From: Octopus vulgaris
Lineage: Eukaryota
Length of the DNA stretch: 64,000 bases
NCBI GenBank assembly: GCA_951406725.2
Contig: OX597815.1
Span: 56,854,001 to 56,918,000, forward strand
Reading direction: 5' to 3'
This document shows, one piece after another, positions 27,058-39,200 of this stretch (positions are counted from its first letter, which is position 1; each line of letters opens with the position of its first letter). The notes under the pieces were generated by a model. It ran no database searches, was not told where the DNA came from, and saw only the letters and a list, made by a program, of their open reading frames with translations. The position numbers and the translations under genes are program-made.

Positions 27058-27095
27058 ACATTGGACTACAGTTATGCATAACTGTAGTCCAATGT
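27058..27095. repeat. Perfect 38-bp palindrome
   Basis: acattggactacagttatg|cataactgtagtccaatgt is an exact reverse complement with no spacer. Confidence 0.97.
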
Positions 27096-27186
27096 ATATG
27101 TGTATATATGTATATAATTTTACAGATGCTTACATTATTTCAGATTTTTTATCCTATTGATTTTGTTTAATAATTCCTGTATTCAG

Positions 27187-27284
27187 GAAGAACGTATGAG
27201 TCGAGCCATGGAAATAATGATGTCATATGTAGAGAATTTGAAAAGAATTCGAGAAAGAGAACATTTAGAATTAGAAGAAGCAAA
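27187..27284 (+). CDS. Exon of an IRAG/MRVI1/LRMP-family gene; EERMSRAMEIMMSYVENLKRIREREHLELEEA(K)
   Basis: Splice sites attcAG|…|GTaagt; 98 nt, phase 0-2. Matches the recalled IRAG1 segment [34 protein letters not shown]. Confidence 0.92.
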
Positions 27285-28977
27285 GTAAGTTTCCTTTTGT
27301 ATTTACATCATTCTAATCTTTCAAAAGATTTCATACTGTGTATCCTCATATCATATTGCAATTTTATAAAAACCAACTATTTATCTTGTTATAGTTTCAT
27401 ACCAACAAGTTTTAATCAAGCTCATTCTACCATGTATAACACATTTTTTTCCTAGGTAGTGTTATTTTCTAATTGCCTGCATTGAAAAAGTATAGAAAAT
27501 GGCTATTATTTCCTTCAAACTTTGCTTTTGTAACCTTGATAATAATAATGAAATTTACCTATTTCCCATGGAAAAATTAATGAATTTGTGTATTTTCATT
27601 CAGACAGAGTCAGGGGGAAAACATATTAAAGCAAGCTTAACATTAAAATGTATACTTAAGTTATACAAAAGTGAATACAAGAGTTTAGTAGTGGGTACTT
27701 TTTCAAGATTTGTGATTGTAATGTTTCACTTTTACATCTCAGTCTCCCATCATGTTTTCATTATACCCTCCTAGGTAGTGGCATTCAAGGATATATCCTG
27801 GTGGAAGCATTTGCCTTGCTCCTCTGAATATGTCTCTATGTTTTCCTTGAATTTATCAAGATGAGCATCAAAAGTACATCTTGTAGCCCATTTTACTGTA
27901 GTTCTTCACCATAGTCTTCCCCAGCTTCACATAATTTTGTTTTGTGATTCCAATAATCCTCAATCATTGCAAAAGTTATTCCAAATTGCTTTCTCATTCC
28001 ATAATGAACATCTTAGGGAATTCTCTGCACTCTAGGATTTTCTTTATCACTGGTTTAACAAAGTTATCTTTTTCAGCCTTTGCCTCAGCTTAGGGAAGAA
28101 GTCTTGCAGATTCCTTTTTTAGATTGTGAGAAAAGTAAACAGTATCTATGAAAAACCCATAAAGCATGTAGTTCTGTTCACATTTAATTGCATTCAGAGA
28201 GATGATGGGTGATAGGAATGACTCAAGGAGGAAATTGGGCAAGGGGGTCAGTTGTGCATATGTACCCACACTGTGCTCCCAAAATTTCAGTTTTACTGAA
28301 ATGGGTAAAATAATATCAAAATATCATTGTCAATGTCACAAAAGCAAAGTCTGAAGAAAATAATAGCCATTTCCTGTATATTTTAGACTTATGCAGAAAA
28401 GAAATTACACTGCTGAGGAACAAAAAAAAAAGGAAACATTTTGTTACATTTGAAATGTTTTACATGTATAACATTTCATTGAAATATTTGTATGCTAATA
28501 AATTATTTTTCTACAGGTATTCTTAGTATATTTAGTAGTTACCAGGAGAGTAAAATGTTGAATTTCTTCACTGAAAGTTCATGAATATTGTGTTATTATT
28601 TCTCCATGAGGAGCATGTAAGAAATACAAGGTGTAAATCTTTGGTGTGAGCAGATTTCTCTTAACTAGCATTGTTTGTATAAAAAAAGATCATTAAAAAA
28701 TATCTGTCTTGCAACTGTTACTATCATTTATATGAATTTTGTTATTAATAATTTCATATTTTTAATCCTGGAGTTATGTTAATCTTTCTCAGATATCTTT
28801 TATCTTTTACTGATCTCAGTCATTAAACTGCAGCCATGCTAAGGCACTGCCTTAAAGAATCTTAGTCGAATGAATCAATCCCAGTACTTTATTTATATAC
28901 TTTGGCACTTATTCTATTGGTCTCTTTTGGCAAGTTGTTAGGTACCAGGAGAGGACAAAAACAAACATACATAAACA

Positions 28978-29896
28978 AAATTAAATAAATGACAAAGGAA
29001 TAAGAAATTATGTAATGAACTTCATTAGCTTACAGTTGTTTCTGCTATAGGATGCAATGCACTCATACCTTTGTTGGAGCTTCATGTATGTCTAGGTATA
29101 AATAATACCCCATGTTTATCTGAATACATTCTCTTTAATTCTATACACACACACACATACACATGCACGTACACACGTTGTTATCTATAGCATGTCTTTC
29201 CTTCCCAATGATTTTGACATGTTATTTGTCAAACTGGCTAGAACCCACTTCATTGCCTTGATTCTCTCTCTCTCTCTCTTTCTCTCTCTCATGGATTTCA
29301 TCATTTTCTATCCATCTCCATTCTCAACATACATGTTCTGTCTATATTTTATGTATGCTTACAGCCATATCACGTTGAAAGTACCGGTTCTCATCCGATC
29401 ACTGAAGTTAAGCAACATCGAGCCTATTTAGTACTTAGATGGGTGACCACTTGGGAAATCTAGGTGCTGTAAGCATTCCCTTTTTTAATGGCAGTGCCCC
29501 AGCATGGCCACAGCATGTGAGCTGAAACTAGATGAAAATGAAAAAAAAATGAAATATAAATAGTTGACTACATAGAAGTTCATCATATGCCTATTTCTAC
29601 ACACATATATACACAAAATTTATCTCTATCTATTTTGTACTGGGAGGGGCTTTTTACTCTTCAATCTCTATGTTTCATTTCCTACATATTTTTATCATTT
29701 TTTCCAGTGGTAATGTTTTCCATATATATAAATGCTTTCCTAAGTAAAACTGCACTTCATTTTTAAAGCCCTAATGGAGCTATAGGGTGATACACAAGCA
29801 CTCAACTATGAATGCATTACATCTTATAGCTGAAGCAGCTGTAAGCTAATGAAGTTCATTACACAATTTCTTATTCTCTTGTCATTTATCTAATTT
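28978..29896. repeat. Inverted pair of ~90-bp repeats bearing degenerate hammerhead motifs (Penelope pLTR-like), enclosing the 5S copy
   Basis: 28978-29067 is the imperfect reverse complement of 29807-29896. The right arm and its upstream flank read ctaatgg-agctata…tatagct-gaag-cagctg-ta, a mutated CUGANGA/GAAA core. Confidence 0.7.
29357..29475 (+). pseudogene. Full-length 5S rRNA retrocopy/pseudogene
   Basis: gcttacagccatatcacgttgaaagtaccggttctcatccgatcactgaagttaagcaac…gtacttagatgggtgaccacttgggaa…ggtgctgtaagc; 119 nt with pairing ends and boxes A and C. A T6 terminator follows. Several CpG>TpG/CpA changes; solitary copy. Confidence 0.9.
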
Positions 29897-30645
29897 CTTA
29901 CACTCTGTACTCGATTAACGCTTATTTCTGAAGTGTATGTATGTTGAATTCTAACACCATGTTGTTTGTATTATTGTGCCTATGCAAAATATTATAGAAT
30001 ATATCATATGATCATGTGACCAACAAGACTATTAGATGTCTTTGCATTGTTTTAGCCTTCAAATGATGCCATCCCACTCACTAGGTGAGCGAGCCAACAT
30101 TCCCCCTGATTGAAAGGGAACTGGAGCAACATGAGATGAAGTGTTTTGCTCAAGAAGGCAACGCACTGTCCAGTCTGGGAATCGAACTAATGATCATGAG
30201 TGTAACAGCCTAACTACTAGGCCATATGCCTTCACATATATACATATAAAATTATGAATTAAAAGCAGCTCTAGTAATGTAAATATTATTGATCACACAT
30301 ACACAGCGTATATGTTTTATTTATACATTAAATTTGCTGCAGGATAGTGATTTTGTGATTTATTTTATGTGCAATGTATTTGTGTGTTGTTTGTATGCCA
30401 AATTTGCAGCATTGTTTCAGAGTGAGTCATGAAATTTACAACCTTCATGTTTACAATGACATCTATGTATTACAGTGGTCTGAAGTACATTTTGTGCTTT
30501 GCTAGATAATGGTTTCATGTTGATGAGCCGTTTATATTTTGGTGTTTTTGTAATATCTTTTGCAACTTACTGCAAAACAATTGAGTAGCACCCTGTCATT
30601 ACCATTATCTCATTCTGATAATGAGATCAGGGAGGCCTTGAAGTA

Positions 30646-31937
30646 CAAGGGTGTTCAATAAGTAATGCCCCTGACCCACTTCCCATAGCAGTAGAGCAAC
30701 GAAACTTGGCACAGTTATTAATCTTTTTCTACATAGGAACCACCCAGAGTTACGCATTTCTCCCATCCTTTGATGCAGCTCTGGAGACCGTTTTTATAGA
30801 AGACCCCTGCTTGGTCCTCCAACCACGACGTGACTTCAGAAATCAAGGTTGCATCATCTGGGAAACGCTTTCCTTTCAAAAACAACTTCATGGCTGTGAA
30901 GAGGTGAAAATCAGAGGGTGCAAGGTCTGGAGAGTAGGGAGGATGGGGGAGGAGTTCATAGCCGCACGCCTGTGCTTCTGATCTGGCGACACGCGAGTTG
31001 TAGACCGGAGCGTTGTCCTGCAGGAGGAGGATGCCTTTGCTAATCTTGCCCCACCTCTTGATTTCGATAGCTTCTCTTAATTTCCTCAAAAGTGAAGCAT
31101 AATAGGCTCCTGTAATTGTGGTACCCTTTCCCAGGAAATCTGTCATCACTATTCTGTCCTGGTCCCAGAAGACTGTAAGCATGATCTTGCCAGCGGAGGG
31201 CTGCACCCTTGCCTTCTTTGGAGGAGGTGAGTCATGGTGCTGCCACTGCATTGACTGGGCTTTGGTCTCTTGATCATAGTGATGGACCCAGGTTTCATCC
31301 TGTGTAGTCAGTCTTTTGAAAAATTTTGAATCATCTTCTTGGCACATCTCCAAATTCATCCTCGAGCTCTCGACGCGTTCTTGCATCTGGAAAAGTGTGA
31401 GCAACCTGGGAATCCATCTGGCAGACACCTTTTGCATATGCAAATGGTCATGAATGATAGTTTCCACAGACCCGGTACTAATCTTGACCTCATGGGCTAT
31501 TTGACGAATAGTTATGCGTCGATCTTCCAAAATGGCAGCCTCAACTTGACGGACAGATGCCTCATCAATGGCAGAAGGGGGGCGACCAGATCTGGGAGCT
31601 GTTTCCACAGAGTTCCGACCGTGTTTGAATTCGCGATGCCAGCGTTTTACAAGGTCATATGATGGGGCATCATCACCATAAGTTACTTTCATTTCATCAA
31701 AAGTCTCCTGTGGTGTGCGTCCTTTCAAATACAAAAACCAGATCACTGCTCGACACTCAACAGGCTCCATTTCACACTTGACTTAGTTCAAACACCTGTA
31801 AATCAGAAACCACAATTAGTTCAGAGCTGTAATATGCCACTTAATCTATAGAGATATAAATAATTGCACATGCAAAATTTCAGCTAGATCAAACAAATGC
31901 AAGTGGGTCAGGGGCATTACTTATTGAACGTCCCTCG
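30646..31937 (-). mobile_element. Full-length mariner element with TIRs and TA target duplication
   Basis: TA|caagggtgttcaataagtaatgcccctgacccactt … aagtgggtcaggggcattacttattgaacgtccctcg|TA; 1292 bp. Confidence 0.97.
30718..31770 (-). CDS. Mariner D,D34D transposase, 350 aa, uninterrupted (irritans/Himar1-like by inference)
   Basis: N-terminal HTH region, WIPRLL, QDETW, LQDNAP and PYSPDLAPSDF; 34 residues counted between the second and third Asp. Confidence 0.93.
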   Translation of the reverse strand: MEPVECRAVIWFLYLKGRTPQETFDEMKVTYGDDAPSYDLVKRWHREFKHGRNSVETAPRSGRPPSAIDEASVRQVEAAILEDRRITIRQIAHEVKISTGSVETIIHDHLHMQKVSARWIPRLLTLFQMQERVESSRMNLEMCQEDDSKFFKRLTTQDETWVHHYDQETKAQSMQWQHHDSPPPKKARVQPSAGKIMLTVFWDQDRIVMTDFLGKGTTITGAYYASLLRKLREAIEIKRWGKISKGILLLQDNAPVYNSRVARSEAQACGYELLPHPPYSPDLAPSDFHLFTAMKLFLKGKRFPDDATLISEVTSWLEDQAGVFYKNGLQSCIKGWEKCVTLGGSYVEKD

Positions 31938-32467
31938 TACTAACAGACTAATTTTTCCAAACTAAACATAAAGGATTAATGAAACTTGAACGGATTTATG
32001 ACATTAATACTCATACACAATAAGCTGGTCAACTCTAGGTTATGATGCTGGATGATACTTGTCAAGGTGCTATGCAGAAACATGAAGCCACATGATTGCA
32101 AAGCAAACTTCTTTACCATGTACATATGCTTGAAGACATTTCCTACCACATCTTAAATAAAATTGTCGATAAATTTGAACAAAGCTCACACCATACTCTC
32201 TTTAACTGGCATTGTTTGAAAATATATACAAAATTATCATCTTGTCTTTTTCATATCATTAATGTTGTAATAACTGGATTTTTGCCATCAATAAATTTGT
32301 GTATTTTATATTTAAAAGGTATTATTACTAATATTCTTATAGTTTTTTATTTACATTCATAAACAATCTTTTGCAATTAAAATAAAGTGGTGTACAAATA
32401 AATTTAGATCTCAAGTTTTCTGATATTTACTCTCATAATTTATGTTTAATTAATTTTTTTTTTTCAG

Positions 32468-32508
32468 AACCCTTATTGATAATAAAATCTTAAATCCAGA
32501 GGCTGGAG
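32468..32508 (+). CDS. Short exon of the IRAG-family gene; (K)TLIDNKILNPEAG
   Basis: Strong poly-T tract and tttcAG acceptor, GTttgt donor; 41 nt, phase 2-1, bridging the phases of the neighbouring exons exactly. Confidence 0.8.
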
Positions 32509-33181
32509 GTTTGTAAATTCATTTTTTATTTGAATTGTATTTTAAATTTAGGTTACATGAATTAGATTTAAAAAAGCAAACTTGTAGTATTAACTGGTTT
32601 TTAAGATGTCTTTTCTTTTTCAAGATGCATTGGTCTTTACTTTCATTTTGTTTTTTTTTTATAAACATTTGAGATAGTATATATTCAGATTGTCTTCAGG
32701 TATCACATGTATTTGTGTTAGGATTGAACATGTGAATTTTTATTAGAAGACGAAATTCCAGAGCTCTTACCTGCAATAGGACAGATATATTTACACTTTG
32801 TTGCAATTTCAACTAATTTTGACAAAGGCAAAGAGATGAAACTTGTTATGGACTTATGAGTTGAGTTCTCATTTATTGACTCATTGCTTCTCTGTTTTTC
32901 ATTGGCTTTTTGTTTTCACTGAAAATATTAGGTGATAGTTGCTTGTGATTCATACTATATATATTCTGCAATTCTTGGCTTTGTCTCAATTTCTGTAAAA
33001 TTCTAAAGTTTTTAGCATCTCATTCCATGATTTAACCTCTTCTATATTTCATTAGATATTATATACCACTCTTTTATTTGCTCATTTAGGAGAAACTTTT
33101 TTCGGTTTTAATTTTAAATTCCTAGAAATGGACATCATGTCAAAGAACATATAATAAATACCTTCTTAGTAAGGTGTATAT

Positions 33182-34358
33182 CAGTGTTTCCCAACCTATT
33201 TTCCCCCAGGCCCCATTATAACTTTCCAGAAAAATGTATACCCTACTGGTGGTTGTTAAAAAACAACTTTATTTTTAATATTTTATCACAACTATTTAAT
33301 ACAAGTAATTCTTTTATTAAATACTTTAATGAAAACTTTATGCCTGGCAAATTTCTTTTATTCGAGGACACAATTTTGTTAGCTTCAGCCATAAATTACT
33401 ACATTTTGTAATTTCAAGTCTGTTTCTCTTGGCTCAAACCAAATCATCAACAGCACTACAGCCACACTCAACAAATAAGATGTGGGGAAATGAATCAAAA
33501 ATTCCTTTGCTGAAATGGCAGTATTAGGGTATTTCCTTTCAACTTCATCACATAGTCGCATCTTGGTACCTTTCATTTTGAGCAAAGTATTCACTGATTC
33601 ATCATGTAGCAATTCTGATAACTCTTCTTGGAATCACATTGAAACTTCAGAGATATCTACTAGCAATGGTTGAGTTACCCAAGAGGGAAAATTCGTTTTC
33701 TTCAAATCACCATACTGAGGTCTTTTATCAGCATTTTCAAATACTCAATACTGTAGCAGTATCAATTACCTCACATTGATTCAACCAGTAAAATTTCATG
33801 AAATTTCATGTAGAAATTATTCCTTAGGCATAATTCTAAAACTATAGTGAATTTACAAACCTTTGTTCTTGTATCAAAAAAAGTTATATTTGCATCTTGG
33901 AGCTACTTGTTCAAGCTGCTTAATTTCTCATAGAGATCTGTCAAAAAACATGTCATCAGACATTGAATAATGAGTCAATGAAGGCAGGCTGGCTAGAAGT
34001 ACATTTGTGAGTAAAGCATACCAATTCAAATTTGGAATATTTAAGTCACTGAAAGAAAAGTTTGGAAATCAATCAAAAATCACTACATTATTCACTGCAC
34101 AAAATGCAACCTACAATCATACTCCTGAAGTTTGCTACAGAACCTCTCTGCTCATAACAAAGCATGGATCCCATGCCCTAGCACAATTTTGTTTGGATCC
34201 CATGCCCTACTGCAATTTTGTTTGGATCCCACACCCCACCACAATATTTTTGGATCCCACTCCCCACCATAATTGTTTTGGGTCCCATGCCCCACTACAA
34301 CTTTTTTTGGATAACACATCCCACCAGTGAGGTGTATGACCCACATTGGGAATCACTG
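33182..34358 (-). mobile_element. Internally deleted hAT (Buster/Charlie-type) element
   Basis: TIRs cagtgtttcccaa … ttgggaatcactg; degenerate 8-bp TSD (gtgtatat/atgtttat). The minus strand reads KYPNTAISAKEFLIHFPTSYL, like the hAT dimerisation region. Confidence 0.8.
34163..34326. repeat. Subterminal tandem repeat (~29 bp, about 6 units) of the hAT element
   Basis: Unit ttggatcccatgccc(c/t)ac(c/t)acaattttgt, head-to-tail with no unique spacers. Confidence 0.85.
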
Positions 34359-34676
34359 ATGTTTATCATGTGTTCAGGAAAGTAAATGCCTGTGTGTTCT
34401 GATGTTAATCAACTTAAACAAAATCTTGTATATTTAGTATGATTAATAGTTGTGATAAGACTATAAATATGATAATGAGAATGAAGGCAAGAAGATTAAC
34501 TCTAATGTCAATTTTTTTTAATCCTATAAAAGAAGAAATACTTAGGGTAATGATAGATTCACAGAGTAAAATAAGTTCAATGAATAAAAACAGCCAAAGT
34601 AAATGGCATGGATTACAGAAAAATCAAAATTATTTAGTTGTATAAATTAATGAAGAACAAGCATTCTTTATCAGTA

Positions 34677-35648
34677 CAAGGGTCAGCTGAAAAGTTCATA
34701 CGTTGACCAAGATACTCTTATGGAATGTGACCAAATGAAGTTTATTTTTCAGCACAGTCTCCCTTGCAATCCACACACTTCTCCCACCAGTGTTTCACTA
34801 CTTGAATCTCACTGGTGAAGAAGCTTTTATAATGTTTGTCAAAAAAATCAGCAATAGCAGGCATGATATCATCATCACTGTGATACTGATTCCCAACCAA
34901 GTGTTTTTTCATGTTGGGGAAGAAATGATAGTCAGATGAGGCTAAATCAAGAGAATAGGCTAAATCAGTTCAAAACCATAGTCACTCACAGCAGTCATCC
35001 TGGGTTAGGAAACATTCAAGGAAAGCAGCTAGCACTGCCTGAAATAATGAAAAAATTTTCCCATGATTTGATCAGCCTGGTGTGCTTTTGATCAGGTTTC
35101 AGATGTGGCACCTACCAAGAAGGAACCTTTGTCATGCCAAGTTAATTGTGCAGAATATTCTCAACTTTCTCATGGGATATGCTAATAGCATTGGCTATTT
35201 GATTTATAGTCAATTGCCTGTCATCCATCACCATGTGGTGAACATAATCAATGTTTTCCTCAGTGGTGGCAGTTGCAGGACACCCAAACCTTGGGTCCTC
35301 TTCAAGACTCTCCCTTCCTTTCCTAAATTCAGCTGCCAACTTTTACACTGTTGATGAAGCTGGAGCATCATCGCCTAATATAGTATCTATGTCAGCGTGA
35401 ATGTCTTTGGGGGATTAAACCCTTTTTCTGCAGATACTTGATAACATCATGATGCCAAATTTTGTCCATTTTCATAGGAAGTCACTACTGGTTACTTTTG
35501 AAGTCTCTTTGAAGAGTCAGATATCAGTTTACCTAGAAAGAAACAATGCAATTATTAATAAGAAGAGCTGAAATTAATGCATGCAAGATTTCACACCTCT
35601 AGCATCATTCCTTCATAGTTAGTCTATCAATTTTTCAGACCCCTCTCA
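34677..35648 (-). mobile_element. Internally deleted, decayed mariner element
   Basis: TA-flanked degenerate TIRs (caagggtcagctgaaaagttcata…). Minus-strand translation EFRKGRESLEEDPRFGCPATATTEENI…ISISHEKVENILH. Confidence 0.85.
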
Positions 35649-36257
35649 TATGTTCAGAAAGAGGATTTAAAAAAACATGTCCAATAATTCACAATGTTTA
35701 ATTCAACAACTATGTGACTACAAAGGATTATTTTGATAAGCGTAAGACATTGCATGCTTTCCACATGTATGGGAATTACTGTATATCAGCAATTCATAAA
35801 AAAAAAGTGTATTGGCAACAAATGGATTTAACTGAGATGAGTTAATGTATGTGTAAAAATGCTTACAATGTCAAAGTCTGAATATAGTGTTTGTGAATAT
35901 AGTGTTCTAGAACTGCATAGGGTCTCCCAGAAATTTTTTCTTGTTAAATTTTCCCCTTGTAAAACTTGGTAATCTCTCAAGAGTCAGACAAAAATAGCCA
36001 TGGCAGTTAAATGAAGGATGCTGATGCCCTAACAAAATGTGCAATCCAATGTACATGACGTCAGACCCATGATTGTCTGACTTAAATCACCATAAATTTA
36101 GAATATCACTAAACTCAAAGCTGTTAATGAACCAAGTAAAATGGCTGCTACATACAAGAGGCAGTTTATTTTAATGTTAACATGTATGTGAAAGTAAACT
36201 TCTCTGCCTGAACAAGGAATAGCATAAATGTGAAAATCAGTGTTTTACACTACATAC

Positions 36258-39200
36258 TGTTATGGGAGAATCCTGAACACCCCCACATGACTGAAGGTGG
36301 ACTAACCAATTACAATAAATAAGAACTGAGTGAACTATCAAGGGAGTAGTTTACAGGTGTTAGTTTGACTGTGTTGGTTTACCATGTTAGTTCAACCATA
36401 ACAGTTGGTAGTTGAATAGTGAATACTGAGTATCATACCTACATTTGAGTAGTATGGAGTGCATTCTGTGTTAACATATATTTCTGCGATAGGTTATTTT
36501 TAGATAACCACAAACAACTATTTATTTGTGTAATACCATTTTACACCAGACATGTATACTCACATCATAATATTTTTGGTGACAAGATTATTCAAAGTTC
36601 ATGCTGGACTGATTTTTGCTTGAACATGGAAGGTTTTCTAGCTTTTGTAATTCAATTACAGCAACAACAACAACAGTTGTTGGAATTACAGAAACAATAA
36701 CAACAACAATTGTTGGAATTTCAGAAGCAATAGAAACTGTTGGTACAGCTTATACAGAAGGAAATAGAAAATACATCTAGTTTGTTCACTCCTGACACTG
36801 TCACAAACTCATTTGGAGAGTTCACATATAACCCAGAGGACGGTACTACATTCTCTGCTTACTTTAGAAGGTATGAGGAAATTTTTAGAGAAGAATGCTG
36901 CGACTGGCAAGATGAGAAATAAAATTGACTTTTGTTGAGAAAGTTGGCACCAACCGAGCATGAGAAATATTGCAATTACATATTACCAAAGAAACTGGGT
37001 AAAGTCTGTTTTGAAAAAGCAGTGAATAATCTATTAAAGATTTTCAGTGTTAAAAGCTCTTTATTTAATATATTCTGGCAATGCATGAATATTACAAAAA
37101 AGAGGACAAAGATTTTATTGCATAAACTGGAATTGTTAATAGGGAATGTAAGTGATTTAAAATTAATGATCTAACACCAGAAATGTTTAAATGCTTAATT
37201 TTTGTGCAAGGTTTAACAAAAAAGAAAGATTCAGAAATTCATAACCGAATTCTGACTAAATTAGTGCAGAAGCTAACACAAGAAATATCTTGGGAATGCC
37301 AGAGAATAATCAACCTAAGGCATGCTCTAGAACAAACTGAAGTGAGAAATTGCTCTCATATATAGTCAGCGTGGCCAAAAGTAAGAAATGAAAAGCAGAA
37401 AATTAACCTGTTTTGGACGTAGAGAATTATACTACAGATTTGACTGTCCTTATAAAAATTGAAAATGCTTCAAGTATGGTTAGATATGTCATTAAAAAAT
37501 CAGCCTGTAAAACAAAACTTAGAAAACAGTTCAACATGTAAACAGTTTATTACCAATAAGAAATACAAAGATTACTTGAATGAAATTTTTGTATGTAAAA
37601 ATTAATAATACAAATATAAATTTATAGTTTAGTACATTACTTTAATTAGTGAAAACACATGGAAAGCAATCAGGAAACCTACACTACAGAAAACCTTGAA
37701 GATTGCACATAGTCTTGAGAATTAAATTAATTTTTAAAGGTAAAATTATCTGTAACATTACATTTTGCAGTAAGCTATAAAAGTAAATGCTTATGTATTA
37801 AATGCAAGCAATGTTTTTGGAATGGAATAGATGGAACTGTTCAACTTATGGGATTTACCCATAAATAATTTTTGTAAAAATGTTATGGGGTCATGCACTA
37901 GTTCAAATACAAAGCCAGAAAATTTTATAAAAAGAAGTGTAAAGATTGTTCCCTGATGTTTTTTTGGGGTGAGTTGGGTCAGTGTAATAAGTTTAAATCC
38001 AAATTTTAGGCAAAAGAAAATTCATTACCAGTTTTTAAACCCAAACATAATGTACCATTTGTAGTACTGGAACAAGTGAATAAGGAATTAGACAGACTGG
38101 AAAAAATGGGAGTGATTCAAAAGATCGACTATTCAGACTGGGCGTCTTCAACAGTGAATGTTGAAAAAAGGGCAATAAAATTTGTGTATTCTTTTATTCA
38201 TTTACTTGTTTCGGTCATTTGACGGCAGCCATGCTGGAGCACTGCCTTTAGTTGAATGAATTGACCCCAAGACTTATTCTTTGTAAGCCTAGTACTTATT
38301 CTACTGGTCTCTTTTGCCAAACTGCTAAGTTATGGGGATGTAAACACACCAACATTGGTTGTCAAGCAATGGTGGGGGGACAAACAGATACACAAATATG
38401 TACATACAAATATGTATATATAACAGGCTTCTTTAGCTTCCATCTACCAAATCCACTCAAGGCTATATATAGTAGAAGAAACTTGCCCAAGGTGCCACGC
38501 AGTGGGACTGGACCCGGAATCATGTGGTTGGGAAGCAAACTTCTTACCACAGTCATGCCTGCACCTGTATGTGCAGATTTCTCAACTGGACTAAATGAAT
38601 GTTTAAGACAGTATAACTACCCATTACCTAGCCCAGAGGAAATCTCAAAATTAAGCAGTGGAAAATTGTTCTCAAAATTAGATCTTTCTGATGCTTACTT
38701 ACAAATACAAGTAGAAGATAAATGTACTAAGCTGCTAACAATTAATACCCATGTGCAAATTTAACCAGCTCGTGTTTGGCATAAAAGTTACTCCAGATGC
38801 AATTGCCTACCTGGCTGATATATTAATTAAAAGTGAATCTTCTGATCAAGCATGTGAAATGTGTTTTTTTTTTTAGATAAAAGTTTCAAACTGGATGAGG
38901 AGACATGCAAATTTTTCTTGCCTAAAATTAAGTACTTAGTACAAATTATTAATAAAAATGGTAGTCAATTGATCTGTCAAGGGCAGATGCAATCAAAAAT
39001 ATGCTTCCTCCGACAAATATATCTACCGTACAAGCTTTTTGGGGACTTGTAAACTATTATCAGATTTATATACCAAATATGCATAAAGTAAGAGTTCCTC
39101 TAAATAATCTACTAAAAAAAAGGTGTTAAGTGGAATTGGTCTGACAATTGTCAGAAGGCATTCAATGAAATTTAAAAGATATTAGTGTCAGATTTGTCTT

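Noticed and set aside
29357-29475. Functional 5S rRNA gene
   Set aside because: Solitary, shows CpG decay at several conserved positions, and is fused to a retroelement tail.
30718-31770. SETMAR-like domesticated gene
   Set aside because: No SET domain; the TIRs and TA duplication show a plain mariner insertion.
34163-34326. Regular ~29-bp repeats resembling a CRISPR array
   Set aside because: The units are contiguous with no unique spacers, lie inside a hAT element end, and the context is eukaryotic with no cas genes.
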